Assembly: GCA_013265495.1 (NCBI GenBank)
Contig: MU057865.1
Span: forward strand, 682,001-746,000
DNA from: Vicugna vicugna
Lineage: Eukaryota
Length of the DNA: 64,000 nucleotides
Reading direction: 5' to 3'
Of this stretch, positions 24,366-36,329 are shown piece after piece. The position numbers were made by a program, and so were the translations under genes. The notes beneath the pieces were generated by a model. The model worked only from the letters and a program-made list of their open reading frames with translations. It was not told the DNA's origin and did no database searches. Within the stretch, counting starts at the first letter, position 1. Each line of letters starts with the position of its first letter.

Positions 24366-27364
24366 ATCATTTTGATTCCTTGAGTATGTGTAAGCACATC
24401 TGACTGTCCTTTCTGATTGGATTTCTGCATTCTGTTGATTCTTATTTTGTAGTTGGCTTTATTCCTTTGATAACTATGTAAGTTTAAAAAAAGCTAAAGC
24501 TCTAACCTGTTCTTAGAAATAATGATCAGTACATATATTAAACTAAAAAAGTGTGCAGTATACTGTATGTATGTATTTACATGCCATATAATGTGTATGT
24601 GCAGTTGAACTGTAAAAAAAAGAAAAGAAAACATGTTGTTCTCTGAACTTGAACAAAAATAAGAGATTGGCCTAAATATTTTAAGACTGCAAGGATACCA
24701 AATCATAGTGTAAAATGGATAGTGCAAGGGGATATTTTCTGTTTGTCCTTGGATTTCTCACACTTCCCTTTACACCACTGCACATCCCTGAGACTCTCTG
24801 CACACCCCAGTTTGGAAAAACCAGAGCTGGATGTCATTTTGCTGTAAGATACGAAATGTCAACTGAACTTCATGTTTCTTTTATATGGTCAATCTCCTTT
24901 CTCAGAGTTTGAATTTTAACTGGCTACCATCAGTTGCCAATGATAAAACTGTCTATATGTGGGCACATGCACCCACTTTATCCCCATATTCCTGGTGACT
25001 TCACTAGCTTGTGTGTGAGTGTTAATATCTCCTTCACTATCTTTCTCTTAAGATCTGTCTCATAACCCTCCTCCTGGTCCACATACTCTTCCAAGGGCAG
25101 AAGAATTTCTTTTCAATGAGAGGACGTTTCCAATATGTCTTAAGCAACTATGACCTAGAGCAAACAGAGTCCAGGCAAATCTAAAAGGGTCTTCAAGGAG
25201 AAAATGAATCACAAAGGAAAACATTTTCTTTCTTAACATAACCTAGCAAGAATCCCATCAACTCTGTTGGCCTAATTCTGTAAACTGACCAGTATCAAGA
25301 GTTCTTTCTACCAGGAAGTGTAGCTGATGTAAGTGACCAGACGAAGAGGGAAGACGGTGTGATGTAAAAGGTTTTCAACTTGGAAAACGATTGGCATTTT
25401 TTCCAGTATCCATCACCGTCCACCATCCTTGAAAAACTGGCTTCAAAAATTTCACATAGGGAGCTTAGAGTCTACTTTCTCAGAACAATTCTTCTTTCTT
25501 CCTGAGTGCAGGCTGCTGGGGTGTCACTTCCAAATTCTTATGCATGAGTAATCTCACCACACTTGGTAATATATTCCTCTTATGAGAAAGTAATCAAGTA
25601 CAATGTAACTGATGACTTTCCTGATTCAGTAATCAGTAATTTGTGATCAATTTTACCTGATGGTGACAGCCTGGTGTATAAGTTAGTGCTAATGTGTATT
25701 ACAGCATTTTATTTCTGTGGAGCCTGTCAGCTGAGTAAAGGAGGGAGGCTGGGATGGAGAGCTCCTCCGCCTCCATCTGTAAGTGGTCCACCACTGGCCT
25801 CCCGGTGTTATTAAGGGAAAATTGGAAAAGTTTCCAGAAGATTAAGCAGAAAGCTTACAACTTGCACAAGACTCTCAATTTTCCAGTGGCTCTGACAGAA
25901 GGATAAATCTTCGGCTGTTTTAACTAAAATGTAAGCAAACCCAATGTCTAACTACAGTAAACAAAATTTATTATGATTCGGACATGGCAGTGGTGTTTAC
26001 ATCTAGGTTGACAAAATTGCCAATGTGTGAGACCCTTAGTTAAGAAAAATGTAGCAGGCTGTTTCTTATCCATCAGGCAAAGAAAAGGGGAACTTTTTGA
26101 GAGCTGTGGACACACAAAGTGACTTTGAACACTCCACTTTGACTGTTTGTGCATATGAAACCAGGCCCAGCTTTAAACACATGCGGAGTAAGTATCCGAT
26201 TATATGGTGTGAGATGCATCGGCCTCTGCTCTAAAATAAATTCTCATATTAGATGCAACTAGTGTATTATTTCTCTTATTTGGTCCTAAAATTATTTTCA
26301 AGGTGGGGTTGAGTAAGACGTTATAACCCATAACTCCTGGCCTGAGAATAGTGACTCATACATCCTTCTATCTCCAGAAGAAAAACCTGGAGGAGGTGGG
26401 CCAAAGGATGGGTTAAGGACAGTAGTTAAAAAAAACAAAAGGGGGCGCCCAGAATCCAGGTTGCCTGGACCATGCTGTTGTGCAAAGTGTATTCTCTGGA
26501 AGAGCAGCATGGAGAAGAACTGAGGCTGATTGGAAGACCTGTTTACTTCACATTTTGACTGGTCCTGACAGTCCTATCTGATTAAATTAAAAAAGCATGC
26601 TGGGCACGACAAACCAGCCACGTTCAAGCCTGTTCATTGCATGCTGCTCTGGCGCCGTGGAAGCCCAGACCTTCCAGCCATGTAGCCATTCCTGCTGTAG
26701 GGCTGTGTGTAGGGAGCAAGGGGTTGACTAGTTGACTGGAGGGTCTGATAAGGTTTTGGTGGGGCCCAAATATGAAGATTTCATGAACAATGTGGAGCCT
26801 ACATTTCTTCCTATAAAACCTCAGCTTTCTGCTGAAGATGCATGAAATCTTCAACAGGAAAGTTTAATTTTATAATTAGAAAAAAAAATCAAACTCCACT
26901 TGATACCTGTACCAGGATAATTCTAATTAATATCAAAGTATACTTTTCTAATGCCAGAAACCTTGCTGAGAAGCCTTGCAGAGCAGACCCTTAGGAGTTT
27001 GGAAGGAGAAAGAGAATGAAGAGAAGTGGGTGGAAAAGAGAAAATGAGGAAAAGACATTTCGTGTTCCTCACCAGTCTGGCACTGGTGGCAAGAGGTGTA
27101 TAACTTTTTCAGATTTCTCTTGCTTTGAATTGGAACCCAGATTCCTGTGTGCAAAAAAATTGATTCCAGATGGAACTCCCCCAGGGCTCCAAGCCCACAG
27201 TCCCAAAAAAGTGTCTGATCTGGAGTTGGAAAGAAGTTGTTTATCGACAATCAAAAGAAGTCCCACCACGCACAATGCAGGGTATCTTGTTAAACCAAAG
27301 AGAATGTGAGAAAGGGTTGAACTTGCATAAGCAGGCAGGACACTCCCAAACATGCCTCACAGTT

Positions 27365-27481
27365 CTGATTGCTTCCTGTAGGTCACCTCAATGTTGACAT
27401 CACCTGATTGCTTCCTGTTAGTCACCTCAATGTTGACATCACCTGATTGCTTCCTGTAGGTCACCTCAATGTTGACATCGC
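27365..27481. repeat. Minisatellite, 3 x 39 bp
   Basis: Unit CTGATTGCTTCCTGTAGGTCACCTCAATGTTGACATCAC at 27365, 27404 (2 mismatches) and 27443 (1 mismatch). No spacers. Confidence 0.97.
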
Positions 27482-27706
27482 CACAGTTTACCTTGTGAAC
27501 ATCCATCATCACCATAATCACAAAGACCAGTGCTGGGTAATTTAGGACCTACATGTACTTGCCCTAAAGTCTAATAACTGCTGAGTCAGGAGCATCATTT
27601 CACTAGAATTTATTTATTTATTAGAAATCTCCGTCAAGTGTCCTGCTTCTAACTCAGAAACAATTTCCTTCATTCTGTTCTAGACTTGCTTTCCTAAAAT
27701 GTATTT

Positions 27707-28228
27707 TATTCCAGGTGTATGAACATTATTCCTCCCATTTTCACCATCAGATCATGAACTCTAACAAATGAGTTGTCTAAAATAAACAGTCACTGTGTGC
27801 TGTGTATGATTTGCCGTGTGGTCTTTTTTGTGTGTGTATACTCAATGTTTTTCTTTTTCTTTTCTTCTCTTTCTTCCTCTCACTCTTCCTCCATCTTTCC
27901 ATCCTTTCTCCCTCCCTCTCTTTCTTCCTTTTCTTCTTTCCACATACCAATCTTCTATTTTGGTTGATATTCCAGGTGTATGAACATTATTCCTCCCATT
28001 TTCACCATCAGATCACGAACTCTAACAAATGAGTTGTCTAAAATAAACAGTCATTGTGTGCTGTGTATGATTTGCCGTGTGGTTTTTTTGTGTGTGTGTA
28101 TACTCAATGTTTTTCTTTTTCTTTTCTTCTCTTTCTTCCTCTCACTTTTCCTCCATCTTTCCATCCTTTCTCCCTCCCTCTCTTTCTTCCTTTTCTTCTT
28201 TCCACATACCAATCTTCTATTTTGGTTG
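27707..28228. repeat. Direct tandem duplication, 2 x about 261 bp
   Basis: Copies 27707-27966 and 27968-28228 are separated by one A. Three clear substitutions plus slippage in the T/TG tract. Confidence 0.97.
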
Positions 28229-29479
28229 CTTTTTCTCTCCAGACCTGCAATTCACACCATTTACTTATTTTCATAGGCTACAGACTCACTGTTCTTTTTG
28301 CTGCAATTACATCTCAATATTTTCTGTACTAGTTATTCCAGAGTTGCAATTTCATTTTATTATGGAAATAAAATCTTCCCATTGAAACACTTTTAAAAAA
28401 TTAATGATTTTGGCTTACTGCCTTTGACTCCTGTCCTTTTCTCGCTCACAATATTAAGGATTAGTGTTCTACCTTTGCATGCACCATTTATGGAGTTTAC
28501 TTACTGACATTTTAGATAACTTAAATTTTTTGAAATCTTACATTTCACGTTCTACAATGAAGCAGAGTTTTTACCGTGCTGCCCTGCTTGTAATTAGCCA
28601 CATTGTTCATTTCTTTTAACTGTTTACCTAGGATATTTTACCTACCTGGAGCCTTGGTTTAAATGCGCAAGATTTAAAATAAACAGTAGCTTAAATACAT
28701 ATACCATATTCCTTCCAATGTGCTACTGTTAATTGTCAAACACACATAGATCTTTGAGTAAATGCATAAACAAACACCTACATTTATTCACATTCATATA
28801 GAAAATAGTATGTATTTATCTACAAGTATAATTTCTTCTCTATCATTTCAGTCAAACTCTAAGCTTTCTTCACTTTCCAATTCTAAATATTTTTCCGAAG
28901 CATCTTTGGCCAATGGCAATTACATATCAATATGACACGCTGATTTTCAAAACGCATACTTAAAATCTTAACCTTATTAGCACCTTTTAAGATACATCAG
29001 ATGATTTAATCCACATTTACTATTTACCACATTGAAATTCTTACTTCCAGCTTTCTCTCATTATAGTAATATTGCTTGAAGTTCAATAGTTGCTCTTAAG
29101 TATCAACTGAAAGCTTCTGACTGATAGATGGTTGCTGTCTCAGGGACAGTTCTTCAAAGCATAATGTCAGGCACATTAATCTTTCCTAAGTCTGAAAAAA
29201 AAAGTTTCTTATGTGAGCCAAGGGATTTGGCAACTTTGTTGGTCTAGAGTCGAACTGACTGTCTTGCGATGTGCAATACTTTTTCGTTTTAGTGTTGTGT
29301 CATTACACAGTTTAATAAAGTGTATTACAAGCAACTTCATGCAGCACAACAATTATACAACTCATGTAGGGAATTCACCATATTTTCAACACTAAGACCA
29401 AGTCTGAACAATTCTTCTATGCATCCCACATGTTACAAAGAAATGCTGAGGCCCTCTGGTTGTGTAGTTGGATTGGCCA

Positions 29480-29640
29480 GGCTAACACTATGGGGAAGTT
29501 ATCCAACTAACCTGAGTTCTGACTTATTTTCTCAGAAATATATTAGGGGGAATAAAGCTTATTCCGCAGGGAATAAATGAGAAAATGAAATGTGTCCTCA
29601 GCATGGCGCATGGTATGAAATAAGTGCTCATAAATGGTAG
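29480..29640 (+). mobile_element. MIR SINE fragment
   Basis: GGGGAAGTTATCCAAC..GAATAAATGAGAAAATGAAATG..CAGCATGGCGCATGG..TAAGTGCTCATAAATGGTAG. Confidence 0.6.
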
Positions 29641-30283
29641 ATTTGAAAGAATAATAATGATGCCAAAATCATACTCCAATCATTCTTGTAAACCAGAGAT
29701 TTACTTTTTTTTTCAAGGTGTGTTGGCTTTCAATGTAATAGTGTATCTCTGTAGTGGCTGTGTAAGTATTGCAGGGGGTAAAAGTGACATCAGTCACTTG
29801 AATAAAGCTGAAACTGACACTCACAGGGCCCCAGGGCTGGTTTGCTGAGACCTGAGACTGGATCCCATGTCTCTGGCTGAGTCTTACCTTGCCCTGTCAT
29901 GTCTCTGTTTGGAAAGCGGTGCAGAAAAGGAGAACCGCCCAGGATCCTAATTACAGGCATAAGAATCAAAGAAATTTCCTAGGTTTATTTTCCCAAAGGG
30001 AAAATGTGGGCTGCTTAGAAAGATTTTATGCAGTTTGAGTGGAGCCCTGAAGGATGGACTGAAACTCATTGCAGTTTGTGTTGCTTTTAACCTTGATATG
30101 GCAGGTGAGGCTGGTGTCCTTCATCATGAGGCTAAACACACCTGGTCAGGAGTCAGAAAACCGGAGGGGGATCCTGGGGAAGATGGAATCGTTGCAGGCC
30201 CATCTGCTACCCCCATGAAGATGGGAGCCAGAAGGGAAGTGACAACTTGTATGAGCTACAAAGTGACAGCAAATATCACAAAA

Positions 30284-30328
30284 GGGAGGAAGGAAGGAAG
30301 GAAGGAAGGAAGGAAGGGAAAGAAAGAA
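30284..30328. repeat. (GGAA)n purine microsatellite
   Basis: GGGAGGAAGGAAGGAAGGAAGGAAGGAAGGAAGGGAAAGAAAGAA. Confidence 0.9.
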
Positions 30329-30779
30329 GTCTCTTTTGGCCAACCCTAACTGGAGATACACAGGGAAGAAATACAAATGTAGTTCAGCCAAGCTGACACT
30401 TTACAAAGCTGCCTCAGGAGATTATAGCAAAAGGTAGATATTCACAAATGCTCATTTGTGTGTCTACAAATGCAACTAGGAAGGCAGGAAAATTGTTACC
30501 CAAAGATGAGGTTGTTTTATGTACTGTGCCTAGAAAATGCTTCTCTGATTCATTCTTTTATTCATTCAACAATACTTTCTTAAGAATCCATCTCACGTAA
30601 GGTACAGTACTAGGTAGAAGTTACACATATACAATTAATTAACGGCATTAATCCATTCAACAGATATTTGAGTGATGTCTGTGTTCTGACATCACTTGGT
30701 ACCCAGAACAGTGAGACAAGATGCAGTCCTTTCTCTTTGCTTACATTACATCAAATAATGACATTGCAGGCTGTGTGAC

Positions 30780-30920
30780 TCTGCTATATCCATTTTCCAG
30801 GTTAGAAGATTGACACCTTGAAATCATTAAACAACTTGCTTAGACCATCCAGCTAGAGAGTGGTAATGGCAAAACTTGAACCCATTTCTATCTGGGACCA
30901 AAACTAGTGCTCTCAATATG
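30780..30920 (-). mobile_element. MIR SINE fragment
   Basis: TATCCATTTTCCAGGTTAGAAGATTGA..TTAAACAACTTGCTTAG..CAGCTAG..ACTTGAACCCA. Confidence 0.55.
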
Positions 30921-31383
30921 CATGTGATACTGGCTCCTGTTTGTCATTTATGGACATTTCTGCCTTATCCAGTAAACTCTAAACTCCTCTGGGGCCAATG
31001 CATATGTCACATTTATTGTTTCATACTCCTCCCTGGTGCCTGCCACAGCACAATGTATATCCATCAAATCAGCTTCTGTGGTACAGCCGTGAGACGTTAA
31101 TCCATTGGGGACTTTATTTCGCAAGATTCTTGCAAGTATTTCTTGAGCCCCTACCACATGCCAGGTCCTGCTGGGGGTGCCTCGGTAGACATCATAGAAG
31201 AAAGAACTTCTCTTGTCACAGAAGCTGCAGGAGGAGGGATGTGAACAAATTTGAATACGTTTCTTTACCCCAGGATTTCTTAGAGCCTTTCACATGCTTG
31301 CAAAGCATCTCACATTCTTTAAAAGGGACATCGTGTACAAGACTGCCTCTGCTTGTCTGATCAAAGGTCACTTTCCCTTATTT

Positions 31384-31796
31384 ACTTGTTTATCTATCTA
31401 TCTATTTATTTATTTATTTTCACTGAAGTGTAGTTGATTTAAAATGTTTTGTTGGTTTCTGGTGTGCAGCATGGTGATTCAGTTATGCATATATGTATGT
31501 GTTCTTTTTCATTATAGGTTATTGCAAGATATTGACTATCATTCTCTGTGCTATAAAGCGGGACTTTGTTGTTTATCTGTTTTATGCACAGTTGTTAGTA
31601 TCTGCTAATCCTGAACTCCTAACTTACCCGTCCCCCTGCCTCTTTCCCCTCTGGTAACCATAAGATTGTTTCCTTTATCTGTGAGTCTTTCTGTTTTACA
31701 AATAAGTTCCGTTGTCTTATTTTTTTTAGATCCCGGATATAAGTGATATCATGTGATACTCGTCTTCTTCTGTCTGACGTTCTTCACTCAGTGTGA
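31384..31796 (-). mobile_element. 5'-truncated cetartiodactyl-type L1 3' end
   Basis: TGAAGTGTAGTTGATTT..TTTCTGGTGTGCAGCAT..TTATAGGTTATTGCAAGATATTGA..CCCTCTGGTAACCATAAG..ATATAAGTGATATCAT. Degenerate TSD ACTTTCCCTTATTT / ACTTTCTCTTTTTT (12/14). Confidence 0.9.
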
Positions 31797-32591
31797 ACTT
31801 TCTCTTTTTTGAGAACTCTCTGAATTGTCAACACCATTCTAAAGATGAGATTTCCAGAACTCTGCACAAGACTCACATCTAAAGAATCTGGCAGAGAGCA
31901 CGGTGGGACTTCTAACATTGGAACAGAAGCATTAATGGCTTGCTTTGATTCACATTCCTAACACTGGCCCCATGCCTGACTCCAGGGACAGTTTTTGTTC
32001 ATAAAATACCTCCCCTTTCAGGTTCCAACACCCCAATAATATCTCAGTTACCTAATTTTTCAATCAGTTGTCAAATAATTTCTTTAGCTAATAAAGATAA
32101 AAGTGTAACATTCTTCATCCCCCCCAAAAAAAAGTTTGCTAAAATCTATAATAATGTACTTTTAGTCAGCTTAATGTACCTTAGTAATTGGTGTTGGAGC
32201 AATTTGTGGGCAAATTCCACTCATCACATAGGTAGCTACTTACATGCAGGCCAAGTCTCCTGCAGCATGACCTATTGGATCATATAACATGAGACAGCAG
32301 GGTATAGATGGTCCAGCTGGATCCTGGTGCAACTGCTGAAAACACACCGGGAGAAGGTCTTCTACCATTGATGAACCAAGAACATCATTGCCAAGAGAAG
32401 CATCAGAGCTCAGGATTAAGAGGAGGCTTTAGAGCCATACCAAGAACCTAACCTCTTATTAAGAGTGTCACCTTGGCTAGATTTATGCTTTCTCAAAGCC
32501 ATATTAAACAATATGTGTGAAGTATACATGTTCAGGGATGGCCTCTTCCTAAGAAAAAAATTGTGGTGATCACTAAGGCCAAAGAAAAATA

Positions 32592-32662
32592 TATTATTTT
32601 TTGATGGAGGTACCGGGGATTGAACCCAGGACCTTGTGCATGTTAGGCACACACCCTCCCCC
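32592..32662 (-). mobile_element. Camelid Vic-type tRNA-derived SINE, internally deleted
   Basis: GGAGGTACCGGGGATTGAACCCAGGACCTTGTGCATGTTAGGCAC..CCCTCCCC is the reverse complement of the SINE at 54520, with the A-box segment missing. Confidence 0.8.
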
Positions 32663-32859
32663 ATAACAGGCATTTTTTTATGTGTTTATTTCATGTAAAT
32701 TGAACAATAGAACAATGTATTTTTCTTGGCATACACTGAGATGAGATCTTGATTCTCTCAGTGGCTTACTCCCTCAATCCTCCCATATATGTATATGTCC
32801 CTGTATGATATGTATCACATACATGCATTATGTATTGATATTGATATATGTTATCCATG

Positions 32860-32990
32860 TAATGTAACTGTCCCCATTTGGCAAGCTAAGGGACCGAGGC
32901 TGAGGGATTTACCTGTGATGACACAATGAGTACATGGAAGAACCGAGATTGGAAACTGAGTTTCTTTCCCTCCAAAGACCATGCTTTGTA
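32860..32990 (-). mobile_element. MIR SINE fragment
   Basis: TGTCCCCATTTGGCAAG..GAGGCTGAGG..ACACA..GAAGAACCGAGATTGGAA..CCAAAGACCATGCTTT. Confidence 0.5.
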
Positions 32991-33779
32991 TTGTGTTCCC
33001 ATTCTCTCCTCAGTAACCAGAATTAGCGACTCATTTCCCTTTCCTTAGGTTACTGTCTTTGTTTGTCAGTGAATGAGCAGTAAATAGATCATTTCTGCAG
33101 TGTCTCTTTCAGTTCTAATTCTCTTTGAAGAGAAATGTAACTCCCTTAGTCACAACATATCCTATGAGACTGAAAAAATATGTTTATATCCTCTGTCAAT
33201 TCCATCTCCCCATTTTTGTCATTAATATTATTATTTTTCTATATGCCTAGGCCTCCTGGGTCCAGCATCCCTGTCTTCCTGTCAACTTTTCAAGTAAAGT
33301 AATGCCTTTCATAACATTTTGGATGCCACACCAGTTAATCCCATCGATAGAGGGCTGTGCAATCAAGCTGACAGTTGGGTGATGATTTGAATCGTCCCCG
33401 ACTCATTACTTTGTGGAGGATTTTGCACACCAATCAGTGGGGAATGATGTGTCGTGCCTTGAAGAATGACAGTAATCCATTTTCCACCAATTGATGTGAT
33501 GAGTCCTTGACAGAATCACAAGTTATGGGGCCAAAGCCAGGCATGATTTGGCACGTGCCTCTCAGCACTGCCATTTTGCAGGCCCTGAGGGTGTTTATCA
33601 AAGCAGTAGTCTTGTCTTCTGCTGTCATCAGCCACACATTCTCAGGAGGCACTCCAACCTTAATAAGCTTGCGCAAGTAAGTCGTGGGTCGACTTCCTTG
33701 ACCTCACCTGGAATACTTGCCCAAAGGGTGTCTGTAAAGAAATAAATTGGGCCTCCTAATTACTCCCACCCAGGCTGAC

Positions 33780-34170
33780 ACACTTAAATTTATACATCTA
33801 AGTGAGAGCTGTCTTTCAAAGTAGTCATTTTCAGAGTAGATACGTTTATTTGAACCAGGTTATCAACATTCAAAATGCATTTGGAATTTCTCTTCTGAAA
33901 TTGTCTTCAGAACTAGTGTTCAAGTCCCACTACTTTCAAATGGAACTTTTTGAGGTCAGAATTGTATCCTCAGCTTAAACATCTTCCCTGTTAGTCTAAT
34001 TTGCCACTTGCCTATTTCCCAAAATAATCCATTCTTAAGGTATTGAGAATATTCATAAGATGTACTTACAGGTCTAAGTGAAAAGCCAAAAGAAGCTTAA
34101 AATTTTCTTCTAATAATATCAGACCATTGGATTAAAAGTCAATGTCGCTAAGGTGGTTAATTTGAAAGCC
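33780..34170. mobile_element. MARNA-like mariner-family non-autonomous relic
   Basis: CTTTCAAAGTAGTCA..TTTATT..CATTCAAAATGCATTTGGAATTTCTCTTCTGAAATTGTCTTCAGAAC resembles the recalled MARNA consensus. Confidence 0.5.
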
Positions 34171-34719
34171 TTGTTATTGTATGATGGATTTTAATGAGTA
34201 AGTTCCCATGTATTTTTTTAATGTTAGTAATTTGTTTCTGATACAGTATGTTAAGCACCACCAAGTTGTTTAAATGACTTTGTAAGCTGCACCCTTCCTC
34301 CCTCCATGTCATTGCCTTATTTGCAGAATACTTTTGGAACATATTACCCTGTCATGAATGATCAAATCCTTAAGTATTATCCCCATATTTTCTAAAAAAA
34401 AAAAAAATTGACAGCTAGTTCTACATGCTACTGAAAAAAGATTTGAGTCTTGCCTCCTACATGTTGATTAGTCCAAGAGAGAAGGATTCCCCATAAAAGA
34501 ATTCTGGGATTCACTATTGGAAAAAAAATGCAGAATCCCTGACAAATACCCAGAAGAGAAGCTTAAAGAAAAGCTCACCATTTCTCAAGCTCGCCCAAGT
34601 ATACTGGACTTTCAGTTACTATTTTGGTGACCCATTCTTAAACATGAACAGTCAGGGACCATGTGACAGTTGAGGAAAATGGGTTTTATTAGCTTAAATT
34701 GTATTTAGCAACATCTCAG

Positions 34720-36230
34720 TAATCCCACTATCTCTGTTAGGCCTGTGGCATTCTTTTCATGTACTGTCTGTCGGGTCTGGATGTCTGCAGCAATTCTTGC
34801 GAAGTCACCTCTCTCATTTCTTATATTTGTAATATTTTATCTCCTGTCATTTTCTTTCCTGATTATTCTGATCAGAAGCTAAATGATTTTATTGATCTCA
34901 AAAATCACTTTGGTTCCATCTATTTGTCTATTATTGTTCCATTTCATTTGTTTCTACTCTGTTATTATTTTCTTTATTCTGCTTAATTGTCATGTAATTT
35001 GCTTTTCTTTTCCTGGTTTCTCAATGTGAAAGCTGAGATCATTGATGTGAGACTTTACTTTTTCTCATATAGGCATCTAGTGCTATAAATTTCCCCCTAA
35101 CTACTACTTTGGTGGCTCCCACAAAATCTAATCTCTTTACATTTTCATTCAATTCAAACCACTTTCTAATTTCCCTTTCAATTTTTTCTCTGACATGTGG
35201 GCTGCTTAGAAGTGTTATTTAGTTATCAAATATTTCAAAAAAATTGTCCAGACATCTTTATTTAATCCTGATTTAATTTCATTATATCAGAGAGCATACT
35301 TTGTATGACATATTCTTTTAAATGAATGTTTTATTTTATGACTCAGTACATCCTATAAATGTCAATGGTCAAGTGAATTGATTATGTTGTATAAGTCTTC
35401 TATATACTATTGCCTTTCTGTCCACTTTTTATATCCATAAAATGGCTTTTAAAGTTTTGATTACATGCATGGATTTTACATTTCTCCTTGCAATTGTTAT
35501 AATTTTTGCTCCATGTATTTTGAGGCTCTGTTCTTAGGTACATAAACACTTAGGATTGCTGTTTTGTTGATGATTTGATTCCTTTATCATCATAAAATAT
35601 CCTTCTATATCTCTAGTAATATTCTTTACTCTAAAACTTACTTTAATATTAATCTGACTTCAGTTTTCTTTTGATTAGTGTTAGCATGGTATATCTCTTA
35701 TCATCCTTCTACTTTTGACCTATTTGTATCTTTTATTTAGAATGAATTTCTCACAGGCATCATATAGATGGTTTTGCTCTTTTTGTCTAATCTTATGATC
35801 TCTGATGTTAGCTATTTAGACCACTTACATGTAATGTAATCTTGTTTTTGTTTTCTATACATCTCATCAGTTCTTTTTCCTCTATTTGCTTTATTTTCCA
35901 TTAATTATTATGATTGCATTTATTTTCTTTGTTGGCTTATTACGTATTATTCTTTGTTATCTTTGTGGCTGCATTAGGATTTATAGACTATGTTTTAAAC
36001 TTGTCACAGTCAATTTTCAAATAATATTGTACTAATTCATACATAGTGTAAGATTGTTATAATAGTATATACTTCCTTTTCTCTTATCTTGGTTTCTGTG
36101 CTATGGTTATATATTTTAGTTTATAAATCTTTTATTTTATATTATAATTATTTTCATTTAAACAGAAATTTATAATATTAAAAAAAGAAAAAAACTCTGA
36201 CATTTATCTTGCATAGATGTTCCAGTGTTA
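34720..36230 (-). mobile_element. Old L1M-type LINE fragment (ORF2 5' region)
   Basis: T-rich antisense L1 text: GTGCTATAAATTTCCCC, ATGTATTTTGAGGCTCTGTT..TAGGTACATA, TGATTAGTGTTAGCATGGTATATC..CATCCTT.TACTTTTGACCTATTTGTATCTTT. Confidence 0.7.
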
Positions 36231-36329
36231 TTATTTCCTATATGTAAATGCATATTTATGTCCTAGCCAAGTTATCAATCTGATGTGAGCATAGACGAAA
36301 GTAGGAGTCAAATAGATGATTTTACTACT

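Noticed and set aside
27365..27481. CRISPR-like array (39-bp repeats with an internal dyad)
   Set aside because: Units abut directly with no unique spacers, there are no cas genes, and the context is mammalian. It is a minisatellite.
33582..33676. Possible 95-nt + strand exon (TTTTGCAG|...CAA|GTAAGT)
   Set aside because: Such splice-site pairs are common by chance and the peptide is unrecognisable. Not supportable without RNA-seq or conservation data.
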